NCBI RefSeq assembly: GCF_031769215.1
Contig: NW_026782906.1
Span: 1 to 64,000, forward strand
Reading direction: 5' to 3'
DNA length: 64,000 bases
Source of the DNA: Ylistrum balloti
Taxonomy: Eukaryota
The notes beneath the pieces are model-generated. The model searched no databases. It saw nothing but the letters and a program-made list of their open reading frames with translations, and was not told where the DNA came from. The translations under genes were made by a program, and so were the position numbers. Shown here piece by piece: positions 12,301 through 25,953 of the stretch. Every line of letters begins with the position of its first letter. Positions within the stretch are counted from its first letter, which is position 1.

Positions 12301-15300
12301 CTCCTTGTAGGCATTATGTAAAACAGTTGGGTCTAAAGATTCTCCAAACCAGACAACATGTGGCCGCAGTAGTCCTTTACAGCTCTCCTTCTCACACCTG
12401 CAGGACAACCATCACAAAACAGTATAAAAATCTCTCTTTAATAGAGTTATATCCATTTTGATTATCTTGCAATACATAGTACTGTAAGCAAACAAGTTCT
12501 AGTGGTCATTTTATTGCAGAACTTTTCCTGCTAGAGTTATTGCGCTGAAATATAATTACGCTACTTTCAGGTCCTATGTGTCATTCATACAGCAATTATT
12601 GAGAATGTGTGAATTCATCATCACATTTATTTGTTAACATCTGATATTGTGAGGTGTTATAAAAGCCAACACTAAAAGCATGAAACAACTGGATATTGTT
12701 TGGGGCACTATTCACCGAGGAAGGTTTTCCACTGGTATCCCAGCATCCTTTGCTTCAGGATTAGGTTCCCTATAAAAAAAAAAGATGGCTCAATAGTAAT
12801 CAGAATAATGAAACTAACAGTTTCAATTAACAATTTAATTAAATACTTCAACTATATGCAGGTACTTTTTTATTTATCTCCCATTTATCTGTTTTATAAC
12901 AGTAAAACACATACTCAAATGTATCAAGACATTACCATTGGGTTTCATTTCTTTAACAACACTAAAGCAAACCTTGTGTGAGGTAGACACACTTATCTTA
13001 TCTTTATGTGAGATGGATGCATAATTGAAGAACACATACAATGTATTTGTAAAAGGAAGAAGTACCTCATAAGTGCTGATGAGAGGCTAAACCTCACTTA
13101 AAGAGTTTGTTATAAGCAGACATGCACTTAACTGTTTTTGTTCAAAAGACTCACGTTTGGGGAATTTGTTAGGGTGGACTTGTATTTGAGTTTGTGTAAG
13201 TGCAGAGTCAAATCAAACTTGTTTGTGTGGGGCAACTCACATTTTAATGTGTTTGTGAGAGAAAGACTTACAGTTAAAATGTTTGTGTGAGGCAGATTCA
13301 CATTTCAAATGTTTGTGTGAGACAGATGCACATTTTAAAGAGTTTATGTGAAATAGACTCACAATTAAAGTGTTTCTAAGAGTCAGATTCACCATTATAG
13401 ATGCATCTGCATGTGATGGACTCTAATGAAGAGTTCTAGCAACATTTAGTTCTAAAGTAAAGGGCGTGGCATTAAGTAAATGAGTGACACAAAGGACTAA
13501 ATAAATAATCAAAGTGAATGGTCTCTTACAATGATCTTACAAGAAAACCTATTTTTTGAGTATTGGGAGACAGTTGTAGATTGTGCGAGATGCAGTAATG
13601 AGTCTGTGTCCTGTTAAATACATACCCCTTGCCTGCCAAAGACTCACAGATTGGACTGTCCCTGTTCACAGTAACCTCTGCACATTTTGTACACCTCACT
13701 TTAAACAGACTTCCTGAAAAAATCCAGATATTAGAATAAACATACATTTCTTGGCAGTCATATTTCCCTCTCCCTACTCTGATTACTTAGGACCACTGAT
13801 GACAAGTTTGGTAGGAATTCAATGTTTTTAAAAGATAAACTGGAAATATCTACTCTTGCAGTTCACTCATGAAGTGTTTAAGAAGAATATATGATATGAT
13901 TGATGTACTGCAAAACCATATATTTTTGTGGTATTCAAATTTTGTGTATTTTCCAAAAATGTGTATTTTCTTTGGCATGCAAAATCCACTAGTACCGTAC
14001 CTGGTAATCCATGTCAAATGGACATAAAAACTTTAGAGTACCCATAAATTCAACGAACATAAATCTCCCACAAAAATTAATTCTTTCACAGTAGTTCAGG
14101 ATCATGTGATATGAACATGATCTTATGACTGAACACATTATAGCCAGTGCATGTCAAAATATAGTGGGACTGTTCAACTAAGACAATATATCTCACCAAC
14201 CGTGAAGTTCCAGGATGTTTTGGGTTCCTGCCTGGCGGTGAAGCTCATCAATGTTCTGGGTGATGACAATGACACGCCGATTCTGCTCTGCCAGCCTTTT
14301 CTCACATTCAGCTATAGCAATGTGGGCCTTTAATAATAGAAATATTAGTCAATCATGAGGATTTTCAGCTCCATTTGAAAAATTAAATCTTGAAGTAATT
14401 TCAGACTAACTTAACACTTAACGCAGTTTTTACACTGAATCTGTTCAAGGTCATAAGCTTTGATAAAAAATATTCCTGAAAAATATATGTCACTGGGTCA
14501 TTTATTCTACCCTGTATATCGTAATGTATCTGCTCATTACTATATGTGTGTAAATAGTTACAGGGGGAGTCTTCTGTTTAGGTGTGTTACTAGTTACAGA
14601 GGGTGTCTTCTGTTTAGGTGTGTTACTAGTTACAGAGGGTGTCTTCTGTTTAGGTGTATAACTAGTTACCGAGGGTATCTTCTGTTTAGGTGTGTTACTA
14701 GTTAAAGAGGTTGTCTTCTGTTTGGGTGTGTTACTAGCTACAGAGGGTGTCTTCTGTTTAGGTGTGTTACTTGTTACAGAGGGTATCTTCTGTTTAGGTG
14801 TGTTACTAGTTACAGAGGGTATCTTCTGTTTAGGTGTATAACTAGTTACAGAGGGTATCTTCTGTTTAGGTGTGTTACTAGTTACAGAGGGTATCTTTTG
14901 TTTAGGTGTGTTACTTGTTACAGAGGGTATCTTCTGTTTAGGTGTGTTACTAGTTACAGAGGGTATCTTCTGTTTAGGTGTATAACTAGTTACAGAGGGT
15001 ATCTTCTGTTTAGGTGTGTTACTAGTTACAGAGGGTGTCTTCTGTTTAGGTGTATAACTAGTTACAGAGGGTATCTTCTGTTTAGGTGTGTTACTAGTTA
15101 CAGAGGTGTCTTCTGTTTAGGTGTGTTACTAGTTACAGAGGGTGTCTTCTGTTTCGGTGTATAACTAGTTACAGGGGGTGTCTTCTGTTTAGGAGTGTTA
15201 CTAGTTACAGAGGGTATCTTCTGTTTAGGTGGTTACTAGTTACAGAGGGTGTCTTTTGTTTAGGTGTGTTACTAGTTACAGAGGGTATCTTCTGTTTAGG

Positions 15301-18300
15301 TGTGTTACTAGTTACAGAAAGGGTCCTTTGTTTACCTATATGTCTAATTATAGAGTTCATATGTGTCTGATAATTTTTACATCTATTTTTACCTTTTACC
15401 TGTTTTTCTAGTTATATACAGGTATGTCATAGTGTTAAGTGCATGCTATTTGCCTGTGTATTAGAGTTCTGTGAGCACAGCACACTTACCAGTAGCTAGG
15501 GTTTGTCAGCAGGACCTATGGGAATATGGGGGATCATATTTCCAAATACATGTAATGCTCTACCTCTAGTGTATGATAGTGATGAGACTCCACAGACAAC
15601 AATACATAGGATGGAAGGATGAGAGTCTCTTGTTTTTTCCACCTGTCACATATAATCTTTAGACAATAAATGGATAACTCTCCTTAAAAGTCAGAGAAAA
15701 GAAAAAGAAGCATGTCCGCAACAATGTTAGATATTGTGAAAGGGACATAACTCCAAAGAACTATAGAGACAACCAAGGAGAGAAGTATTGAATATTTCTA
15801 GTGTTATTTACTTGGTTAAGATGTGTACTCATAACTTATGAAATACAATTTCAGTTCTACTTGTGGAATCAATATTAAAGAATCTTATATGAAAGTTCTG
15901 CCTTCAGATTTTTTCAAGTTTTACACAAGGCTCCTCAAGTTTAGTCTTCCTGATTTTTTGTTGAAAATTTTAATCAAAAGTCTTGAAATTATTGGTCATG
16001 AACCATGAACTAATTGGAACTTAACCCGCATATTATTACTTAGTAAAACTCCATACCAAATTACAGTTCTACATCTGTATCTGAGCAGAAACAAAACAAT
16101 ACAGAGGAAGGGACAAGGTTAACACTTGAAGCTGGAAACCATGAAAATGCAACAAGCTACCTTATGCTAAGTATATAAAATGGGATATTAGTTTTTGGGT
16201 CAATGTTTGTTAATACTTATTAATTTGTAAAAATTATAATGAAATCTGATCTGACAATGCCTGATTATTACATTCCCTGGTAGACAATATTATACAATTT
16301 TTAAGCTACAACAAAAAATCCCTTACTTCATTCCCTATAAACTGTCATTTGGTATGATTTACGAACTCACATGGCCCACCTACCCAATAAACAACCAGAG
16401 TCAGTTTGAGACAGGATCTCCATGTATTAGCCAATGGCTACTTCACTGAACAACATACTGGAGACTCGTTGCATGCCATCCATAGCAAACAGGGTAAAAT
16501 GTCATGTCCAAGAATATAACCCTGTCAGAACAGACTTGTCCGTTTCTCTGCTGTCTGAGAAACACATACCAGCATATATGTAGGGAATGCTGAACTATGC
16601 ACCTCAGATCTTCTCCTAAGGTTAGGCAAGTCAACATTCAAACCAACCGAGCTTCAATAGCCCTTCTGCTTATACATGTATATGAGAAAATTCTATAGAT
16701 TGGTTTTTTCATATATGTATATTCTGGTTCACAAAAATTGTTTTCAGTTTGAAGAAAAAAAAAGTGCTATTGTCAATAACCAGTATACAACAAAGTGACA
16801 GTCTCCTGCTGTTTGTTTTGTATCACATACCATGTTGGGTTTCTTTGAGTTCATGACTTCTCGTCTATGATGATAAAACTCCCAAACCAGTGAGGGATCT
16901 GTGGCAAAGGCTTCTGGTGTAGCTAGTTGCTGTAATACAATGAGACATACAGATTCAAGTTTAAATAGCAGTGCAAAACAATTCCATGACATCATATTTA
17001 AAGTTTGGAAGATATCACTAAACAAGAGGCCCATGGGGCTGATCAGTCATCCAACTACAAAAATTTTCAGCAGGGAGAAGAGGATTTTTTTTCATTTTGA
17101 ATGAAATCTTACGAAGAAGCTCTTTTCCATGATGCAGATGACAGTTTTGGTGAGGATTAGGTAACTGTAACAAGTGTTACCTATTTTTGACAGTAAAGTT
17201 AGACCTCAATCCAACTGGTGAAAGGTCACCTGACCACCTAAGACAGCATTGGAAGTGTACTAGAAGGATCAAACATCCCAGCTGAATGATGCAGTTTTAT
17301 ACATAATGAATTCATCTAAAAAATATGTTATTTATGCAATTACAACATTATCATACAAGTCCTACCTGGGCTTGCCATTTGCGCCAGAAACCACCAGCTC
17401 CGCGAAATGTTGGAACACCGCTCTCTGCGCTAACTCCTGCCCCAGTGAGTACCACTATGTGCTTGGCTTTGGCAAAATGTTCTCTGAATTCACTCATATT
17501 TGAGCTAGGTCGACCCTTTGGCTATCAAAAGTCAAAAGAAAAGGAAAGTTCATAATCATCAACTTACAGTAATTTCTGTATACCATTACAATTTATAACG
17601 TAGAAATTTTCCATTTGTTCCTGATAATTTAAATGTGCCATAATAAGGGATTTTTTTTTTTGGGAGGGGGGGGGGGGGTTTAACATACACTCCGAGACTT
17701 GCTACTTTTGTCTTCTTTCACCCTTATCACAGTACAGCTTTTATTTTGAGACCCTGATCACGTATTCTCTATAAATCTGGTCCATTTTATATGGATTCAT
17801 TTCAGCACAGCATACATTTTTGCACCTGGGAATTTTTTGTCCAGGTAGAGTTATGATAAAATGTATAATGCAGTACCACTAATTATATGGATTGATTGTT
17901 CATTTTGTGGAAATCATTTAAGTACAGCTGTCAAAACCTGGATTGTTAATATCTTTAATTCATATTATAGAATATCTCACACCTCCTTGGATAAGACTCC
18001 TATTGTAAAAACATTTTTTGGTAATAGGCTGGATATTTTATGTATATGTAGACAATTATATGTTTTAGATGAACAATTTTATCATTTTCACTTACAACAC
18101 TTGCATGCTTATATATGTTCTCTCTTTGAAATTGTAAGTATAGCATTTTGTACTTTGTTGATGTGACAAAATATTTTTGCTGAAGCAATTGACACATTAA
18201 CCTTCCATTCAAGAATAAATTATCAGACATGGTACAGAGAAGAGCAGCTGATTTAGTCATTAAAAGATATTACAATATTTCTAGTGTCAGTGACATGCTG

Positions 18301-19717
18301 GGAGATCCCCATTGGCCAAGCTTGCTGCTGTAAATAAAAACCTCTAAAAGAAATAGCCATCATCTTGACTCTCTCGTCCTTTCTCCCATCACACGATCTA
18401 CTGTAGAACTGACTGTTGGAAATACTCTTTCTTCCCTAGTGTAAAATACAGAGAGATAAGAAAATGTTTATATCTTGTTGCAAAGAAATTCCAATTACTA
18501 GTCTTGCTGTATTTATAAAACATTTTTCTCAAAAAGTAAATAACTAATTTTTTTAAATAAGCAGTAGTAAAGGGCTTTATAACTTTCAAATTGATTGCGT
18601 TACTTTTTTGTGATAAATAATTTCTGTTAACTTTTGCTATTAGTAAAACAAAATACATGTTTAACCCTTTCGGCGCCAAATATCTCTCACAATGTACAGC
18701 TCAGCGCCAAATATTTTCCGGAAAATATCCGAAAACAATGGCAAAAATTGTTGACTACAGTCACCTATGGTAGCCTGTCTGCATGTAGACTTTAGTTGCC
18801 TACGGCACCGAAAGGGTTAAGCTGTATACATTGCAAATACCATCCTTATAGTATGTGTCACTTTCTGTCTAAAATATGGAAATAATCATCTTTAACAAGA
18901 TGACATTAAGAAGCTGAGTGATTATCTGATTGCCTCATTTAACTTTTGTGATATGTCACTTTAATTTATCACTAAGACTGTTTTTTCTGTTACAAAAATG
19001 AGATACACTTCTCATTAGCCGACAAAATGACTCTCATCAGGCTAGTCTGTGCTAAGTCCACAATAACTACAGCACAGATCTAGAGGCACAGGTAGATAAC
19101 TTTAGATAAAGGAAGAAGAGGGAACTTGATTATATCATGGCTCAGTTAACAAGAAGTAACACCCGAGAAGTCACCACTGGACCTAGTTTCTTATCCTTAT
19201 ATTTATAAATATATATATATATACCCCTCTACTGGGAATGGAACAATCTTTCACCAGATCTAATTGTCACAGCCGGCTTTTTGAGGCTTCAAAACCAACA
19301 TCCTAACTTCTACTTAATGTCTTCTCTTTTTTTTTTATCTTTTTCCTTGTATATTGCACACCCCATTAATATCCACATAATCTTAATTCAGTACATTGAA
19401 AGAAGTTTATTAAGGGTAGATGTAGATCCTGTGCATCTTTAGATGTTACAGGTGGCCATTTTACATGAGTACCTAATGTAAGACACCCGATTATAATTAT
19501 GAGTATTAAAGTAATTGGCACAGTTCGACAATTTTCACTCCATTTGAAAAAAAAGTATTGTATTAATAATAGAAACATGTACCGTGGAAAACCCTAGAAG
19601 TGCCCCGAGTCTGTCAAACTCAGCAAAAATATCTTTCTTTGGTTCGCCAGCTCCTGCCATTATTGAACACGGAAGAAGTCGACGCAGGGAGTGTCTGCAG
19701 TTTGTCAAAATATTCAT
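9312..19717 (-). CDS. SIRT5: NAD-dependent protein deacylase sirtuin-5; 9 coding exons: 19583-19717, 17366-17521, 16831-16929, 14201-14327, 13626-13713, 12716-12769, 12274-12397, 10256-10371, 9312-9381 (969 nt, 322 aa)
   Basis: The spliced product reads ...[57 protein letters not shown]...[10 protein letters not shown]...ITQNIDELH...[15 protein letters not shown]...[19 protein letters not shown]...[21 protein letters not shown]...[22 protein letters not shown]. All introns are GT-AG and phases are consistent. The Tyr and Arg of EFYHHR match the class III acyl-pocket residues (human Y102/R105). The four Zn Cys and the catalytic His are present. Confidence 0.96.
11130..12040. mobile_element. 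Non-autonomous interspersed repeat with internal degenerate repeats (gtgaccttgacc..., acagacagacagatggac) in a SIRT5 intron
   Basis: Recurrent tgaccttgacc / aagcaagcactt / gaaactga motifs and a gacagacag tail, typical of abundant bivalve non-autonomous elements. Class not determinable by eye. Confidence 0.4.
12975..13400. repeat. Degenerate ~30-bp tandem repeat (gtgtgaggcagactcacattttaaatgttt-like), SIRT5 intron
   Basis: Repeated tgtgtgaggcaga(c/t)tcaca units. Confidence 0.6.
14548..15320. repeat. 36-bp minisatellite, about 21 copies (tgtttaggtgtgttactagttacagagggtgtcttc), SIRT5 intron 3
   Basis: Direct tandem repeats. The ORF track shows a 12-aa periodicity ([12 protein letters not shown]). 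Confidence 0.97.
18665..18816. mobile_element. piggyBac-type MITE (152 bp) in SIRT5 intron 1
   Basis: TTAA at 18661-18664 and 18817-18820. Terminal inverted repeats CCCTTTCGGCGCC / GGCACCGAAAGGG (13 bp, 1 mismatch). CCCT ends plus a TTAA target-site duplication are the piggyBac signature. Confidence 0.85.
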
Positions 19718-20399
19718 TCAATTGACTGTTCACCAACGCTACAAAATAAATTTTCACGAATTACACGCAAACAACATCACCATTAGTGAATGGTTTGAAA
19801 ACTTGTGATTATATTAAAAGCCTTTTTCATACAAAAAGCGTTAGGATACGAACATTTCCCGATAAGCTGTTCCGGGAATCAGATGCTCAAAGTCACGTAG
19901 ACTAAAAAAAATAGTGCAAGACATCGAGTGGGGCCGGAGCAACTGTTTTTACCACAAAATGTAAGAATCAGATATGCTTAATTGAGATACATGCACAGTG
20001 TGAACGATGTGATATTTTATTCTTGTTAACTGTACATATAATCATAGACCGTTCTTAAAGTTAGAAGTACTTTCAGCATACTTTTTCTATCGACGGCCCT
20101 ACAAAACTTACGACAGGATGTTCACTTTGTATGTATAATAAAGGTTACGAAATAAGGACTAACCGTTCCGGAAAAGGAGCAAACATTAAATTAAGTAGAT
20201 TCCCAGTACAGGATCATCTCAGATCCTCTACACCGGTCTCCAATATACAACAGTAAGAAAACATCATATCAGAGACGTATATATATGTGTGTTATATATG
20301 TCTCTGATAATAATAATCAATATTATAAATCAATTGTGACATCAGTTCCAATTCCTTTACAACTTCGGCTTTGTAATTATACAAAAGTTCTTCATTTTT

Positions 20400-20660
20400 C
20401 CTATGCTTATCTAATCTGTTTTAAAAGAATTTATTCTAGGTGGTGAGATAATTTGTTGCGGAAGGTTGTTCCTAATTTTCACTACTCGCACACTTAAAAA
20501 GTTTTTTTTCTTCTGATATCTAGCTAACTCTGCAGTGGAAATATTTTTTTCGAATGTCCTGTTGTTCCTTGTCTTTACACCATGTCTTGTCAAGTTTAAG
20601 AAAATCAGTTGACTTGCTGTTGCAGATATCGCTTGCTATATTCAATACTTCTGTCATGTT
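20400..20660 (-). mobile_element. CR1-clade LINE ORF2 C-terminal remnant
   Basis: Minus-strand KKNFLSVRVVKIRNNLPQQIISPPRINSFK resembles the CR1 terminal motif (FFSxRVVxxWNxLP...INSFK). Confidence 0.7.
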
Positions 20661-20959
20661 CTAGAGCATTGTCGTTTACTTCCCATCCTTTTTACTTCAG
20701 GGGTTACGCTCACTATCGCTCTCTTCGTCCCTGGAACATTTCATGGCAAAATGAAAGGCGCCGTTGAAAATATCAAACTAGGCTTCTCATCTTATCCACA
20801 AGGTTTCGCACACGGAACCTTCCATTTTGCCAGGAAATGTTCCAGGGGTACAGAAAGCGATATTGAGTGTAACATCAGGAGTATCTGGGGCGTTTACTCG
20901 CAGACTTTTCAACGCAAAAAAAAAAAAAAAAAACGAAAAGAAAAGAAAAGAAAAGATGC

Positions 20960-21835
20960 TTCAAAAATGCTACCTATACAACAGATTAATGAGGAGTTAA
21001 GAAAACTTGAGACATAACTGATAGAAACAAGATTTTTTCCCAGTACAGTGTCTTTGTAAAAGAACAGACTGGAAGCATAGGGAACTTCACCAAATAAACA
21101 GAATAAGGGAGAAGGCCTCGAGATAACTGTGGTGGAAGTAAAAATCCTTAACACGAATGAAGAACTTCCAACCGGAAGTCTTCCGGCTAGACACAATCCA
21201 TCCCATCTACCTAATGAACATAGAACCATCCATATCAGGACAAGATTTTCAACCTAACGTTATCAACGGGAACACTTCTGGTTGACTGGGGAAAAAACTG
21301 GGATCAAAGCAGTCTTTAAGAATAGGGACGCATGCGAAGATGTGTAAGGGAACGCATAACAATGGTTATGAGGGCTAGCAATATTTTGTCGAAGCAGTAT
21401 TTTTTTATTGGGAAGATTCAAGTGCCTCCATCTTCTCGAAGAGATGGAAAAATGGGGCGAAGCTGTAGACAATATGATAATATTATAAATTATGACTATG
21501 AAAATGCATTCTAAGAATTTTCCAAGAATTATGTCCTGGATATCAACATTCCTAAAAGGCATGCGTCAAAAGGTAAACGTGATTAGGGAGGACTTATAAT
21601 GAGGTAGGGTAAATTTAGGCACCCACAAGGATCAGTCCTAGGGCCAATACTATTCATCATATTTATAGATGAATTGCCAGACATCGCCAAATAGGATATG
21701 TAACTTTTTGCAGAAAACAAGAAATACTGCTCTACACTTCAGGACGAGCTAAACACTATGTACAACTGTAGCGATACTTGGCTTCTCAGAATGCATCCGG
21801 ACAAATGAAGGATATGAGAACAGGAAGGGAAATAA
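20960..21835 (+). mobile_element. CR1-clade LINE reverse transcriptase remnant (frameshifted)
   Basis: Fragments HLLEEMEKWG, SWISTFLKGMRQKV, PQGSVLGPILFIIFIDELPDI, LQDELN...DTWLLRMHPDK. Confidence 0.8.
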
Positions 21836-22469
21836 GAACGGGTCAAGGTCAAGGTCGCCTGGATGTCAAATACAACTTTAACCGGAAAATCATCCAAACA
21901 ACAACCCCGGAAAAGATATCGGCTTAAAAACAGATTTAGAGCTCTCGTTAGGTCACATAATCGCGATAGTTCAAAAAAAGTGTTGGCAAGCATAATTATT
22001 GTATCATTTCTTAGACCAAGCGCTACCCTTGTGACGTCACGGGATTTTCCGGTCTGTTAACCGGAAGTTGGGAAGTGTGTTAATTAGCCTCCATCGACAG
22101 GTGCAAACCGGTTCCGAACGGTGAATTTAACGACAAATATCTCAAAAACTAAGCGACAAATTTTGACCGGGTTTCCGATTTTTTTAATAAGAAAGGAAAC
22201 ATAATTAATATTAATTAATACTATACCGTAATCTAGGTACACTTTAAGTTTGGTTTTTTATTCTAGGAAACTGCTGATTGGAAAACTTGTAAGCCTTCAG
22301 ATTGTTAAGAAGTCTGTTTGGTGGCGGTGTGTGTGTTGGGGGGGGGGGTTCTAAGGAGTCTGTTGTTGTTGTGTATTTATATTAAGTACACGTAATACCA
22401 CATTTTTTATATGTTTAGATATCAAAGTCCGTGATTTACCTAACTCTAATGTATTAATTGGCACGCACG

Positions 22470-22650
22470 TGTTCTACATTCGTGAACGTCCACTTCGGCG
22501 TGTGTATTATTTGATATTGAACTTCTACCTCAGCGTGTGTTGATTTTTAATATTGGACTTTCACCTCAAAGTGTATTGATCTTTAATACTGAACTTCCAC
22601 CTAGGTTTGTAATAATATTGAACTTCCGCCTCGCAGTGTATCTTTAATGT
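22470..22650. repeat. Short degenerate ~35-40-bp tandem repeat (tattgaacttccacctc...), about 4-5 copies
   Basis: Repeated at(a/t)ttg(a/g)actt(c/t)(c/t)acctc units. Confidence 0.55.
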
Positions 22651-25600
22651 TGACCAATCTAAACAGAGATATTGTAAATATATCGTAATTTATTGATTTT
22701 GTCAATTTATTTTAAGGACCACGGGTTTCGATACAGTCTGTGTAAGACCGTATAATTACATTATATAATAGTACGTCGACGTCCTTGAGTTTATCGATTT
22801 ATAGAAACACAGACTATCATATCTAAGTTCATGATTGAAATCCCTAGTCCCAGGGATTAGTGTTATCATTGATTCTAAGCACATCATATCATCATATTTC
22901 GTGTATAGGTATTGAAACGACACCCAACACACTACAACAAATATGTAGTTTACTTCATTTCATTTCAGGATCGATAATAGAACGATCTCCGCAGGTTAAA
23001 TATCAGTTTGAATTATACGCCATCGATTTGCGTTATAAACGCAAAAATGTATTACTATATATATATATATAATTATCAAGGTATAACCTTGAGACAGAAT
23101 ATGACATTTTTGAAAGCTGAACTCATAATTTTCGTTTACTTTAAAATAACGCCAGTTTAAGCATTTCTATCCTTTGAACTATCCAGACTTTAAAAATTGT
23201 GAAAAGGACAAAATAAAAGATAGTAATACTGACACAAACAACACAGGTAGAGAGTCGGTAATTTGGGTGCTAATCACTAAGTTACATGATAAAAAATGAA
23301 TTCCTGGAAATTTAAATAAATAAACAGCAATGCAACAGCTACAACAGATAATGATTTCTCATATTATGAGGAAATGAACTCGTGTATGTGATAAGTGTCA
23401 GTTTGAACTTCTGTCCACACTTAGCGTCAAACATTCATGAGCAGATGTTGATGTTTACATAAGGCAAGACGTGACATAAAAAATATATCTGTTCGAAGAA
23501 AAGAAAATGAAAACATCGTCAAGATTTGTTTGTTTACACACACTCTGGTAATGTAAGATAAACAAGTCATTTGTGTCCTAAATAAATTGACAGATACCGC
23601 GGGGAAATGTATGAGGCGGTCTCTTTGATTTTCTTTCATCTTTTCATTTCTTGTATATTTAATATTTCCGCTGTTCACACCCGTGGAGCAGTAGAAGCCC
23701 AAATCCCTAAGGGCTACCCTCATCTCCGCCTGATTGACTCGTCAAGCGGAATAATGGGCGGTGCTGAAAAGAAGTGTCAACATGTCCCAATGCCGTTTGA
23801 GGTACTCGACGTCCAATTATGAGATTAAAATGACGAGACCACTATGTCACAGGGAAGTTTCAGAAAGCTATATATAGCAAATAAATGTCAGGTCACATAC
23901 ATATCATCTTTTCTTGTAGAAGGAAACCCCTGGAAAAAACAGCCTCAACAGATCGATCGATACCTCGAATTTTGCAAACATTTTGAAATGGCACAAAGGT
24001 ACGTGAGAAAAGATTCGTGTATATACATTTATATATTTAAACGCTATTAATTTTTGAATTACCTTCTCAGTGTAAGTCCCGGTTTTAAATTTTCTACTTA
24101 ACTGAGCGTAAAAACAAATAAAATTCCCAAAGGCTATAATTTAGTAAGAACAAGAAAGAATTTTAACAAGAAGAGTAGCCATGTAAAACAACAAATAACA
24201 ACATGACACGATCATTGTTGGAAAGAACCCTGCACCTAAATTATGCGTAAGTATTTGGTTAATTATTTCAAAATATCTAAGGTTAATGTCACAAACGAAC
24301 GAATTACTGCTATCTAAAACATAAGAATGTCTCCAGTATTCCCATGTAAAATGAAAACCGCATATTTGATATGAAAACCGTGGTTATTCATATTGTTAAA
24401 TTTTAACATTACAAAGGTGCGCCCGCCAATATATATGTTTAAAGATAAATATTAATTGAAAACGTCAGGGTAATTTATCAGTGAGTTTTATCGATTGTAA
24501 CAAACTAATATTGTCTTTTACTCGAAGTTATATATCAACACTTTTCTCTTTTTTAATTATTTGATTTTATTTGGCCTCCACTTGCATGGCATCAACTAAA
24601 CACAATTTAATGTCAAATTTGATGTTTTTTTTTATAACACTGTGACACACTTGACAGACAAGAGGTCAAACAAGAATACTACTATGTCAGTCTGATATAG
24701 GTCACGCCTGGACAGATTCCATCAGTTCACAATCACCTTCAGTGACATGTATACATAAAAAGTGGTAGACTAATCAGTTTAAGAACTGTCGGACTGAAAA
24801 ACATCAACAAGTGGCACTTCAGAAATGTAGTTAGCTTCATGAGACCAGATACTTATATAACATATACGTCTGTGTTGAAGTGATATGATCATAATACACT
24901 TGTAATATTTAGTGATTTCCAATTCCAGTCGCTGTCAGCGTCGAATCGAACCGCGTGACTCTAATTAACACGAATTCAGTTTATTCCCGACAATAGAAAT
25001 ATACAGTGTATAAAAACCTAATGTAACTATAGACAGTGACGTACACCTAGACAGTGACATCAGCCATGTAAATAATAAAAATCACTCCCCAACACTGTAC
25101 CGAATGTAACAGTACTTCACAGGGTACGTATTTTAAACTGAGCTGTGTTTATTAGTAGTGGAATCTTTAAAAATAGCATACACTAAATTCAGCGTGTTTT
25201 CCCAGATAACGAAAGTGTAAAGTGAAAGTATGTGAAAACTAGCAGCAATTAGGTTAAACAAATATGTCATTCATATATTTAATTGATTAAAAAAAAAAGA
25301 GAGAGAGAAATGACAACATTTATAATTCTCGTATAGATTTTTTTTATCTCTTTTTTTTTCGGAATATCAAAACACGAGTATTTATATATAACAAGGATGC
25401 ATTATTTCAAGAGACAAAGATGTAATTAAGTAAGAGCTAAAACGTGCTTAAAAAACTAACAAAACAATATTTTAACTAATTATCAGTGCAGTAGGTCACA
25501 GACGTGTTATACTAATTATGCGTCACTGAAATGATCCTCGATCCGCCTACAAAGTCGTTAACTGCGTCATTAGTCCTCCTAAGTTATGTAAACAACGCGA

Positions 25601-25699
25601 TCGCTTCCAGATCAGAAACGTAACCAATATTAAAAATGTCAACTTCGGAAATGGATTCTGCATTATATTCAGACAGAAGAATTGTTATATAGATAAATG

Positions 25700-25953
25700 A
25701 TAAACAAAAGACGGAAGTTTTCCGGTGGATTCTTATGTCTGCACAATGGGGGATTCCATTACAAAGAGATTTCCTTTTAATTCTAAATATAGTCTGACCT
25801 TGTATGACGCAAAAAAGGATCCCCGCTAAGATAGATTTTGATTGGTCGAGACTCATGCTCTTTGTGGTGTACTGTTATTGTCGAGACTGTAATACTGAAA
25901 CAACAATTACGAGGCGAGGAAAATTTATTTAGTTTATCAGGATTGAACACAAG
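25700..25953 (+). promoter_or_regulatory. Putative promoter and non-coding first exon of the gene at 27914
   Basis: cggaagt (ETS-like, ~25712), tgacgcaa (CRE-like, ~25805), attgg (CCAAT, ~25841), then a strong donor aag|gtaggt at 25953/25954. An acceptor ttttctgtccacag| at 27906 precedes the ATG. Confidence 0.45.

Noticed and set aside
14460-15411. Cys/Arg/Tyr-periodic ORFs (RCVTSYRG...)
   Set aside because: Translations of a 36-bp intronic minisatellite, with no splice or start support.
23595-23850. CpG-rich stretch with short ORFs on both strands
   Set aside because: No recognisable protein and no consistent exon chain; cannot be supported as a gene.
25584-25856. Minus-strand ORF containing CNGIPHCAD (LDLa-like)
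   Set aside because: The other LDLa Cys and the acidic DxSDE motif are absent, and it overlaps the promoter-like region of the plus-strand gene.
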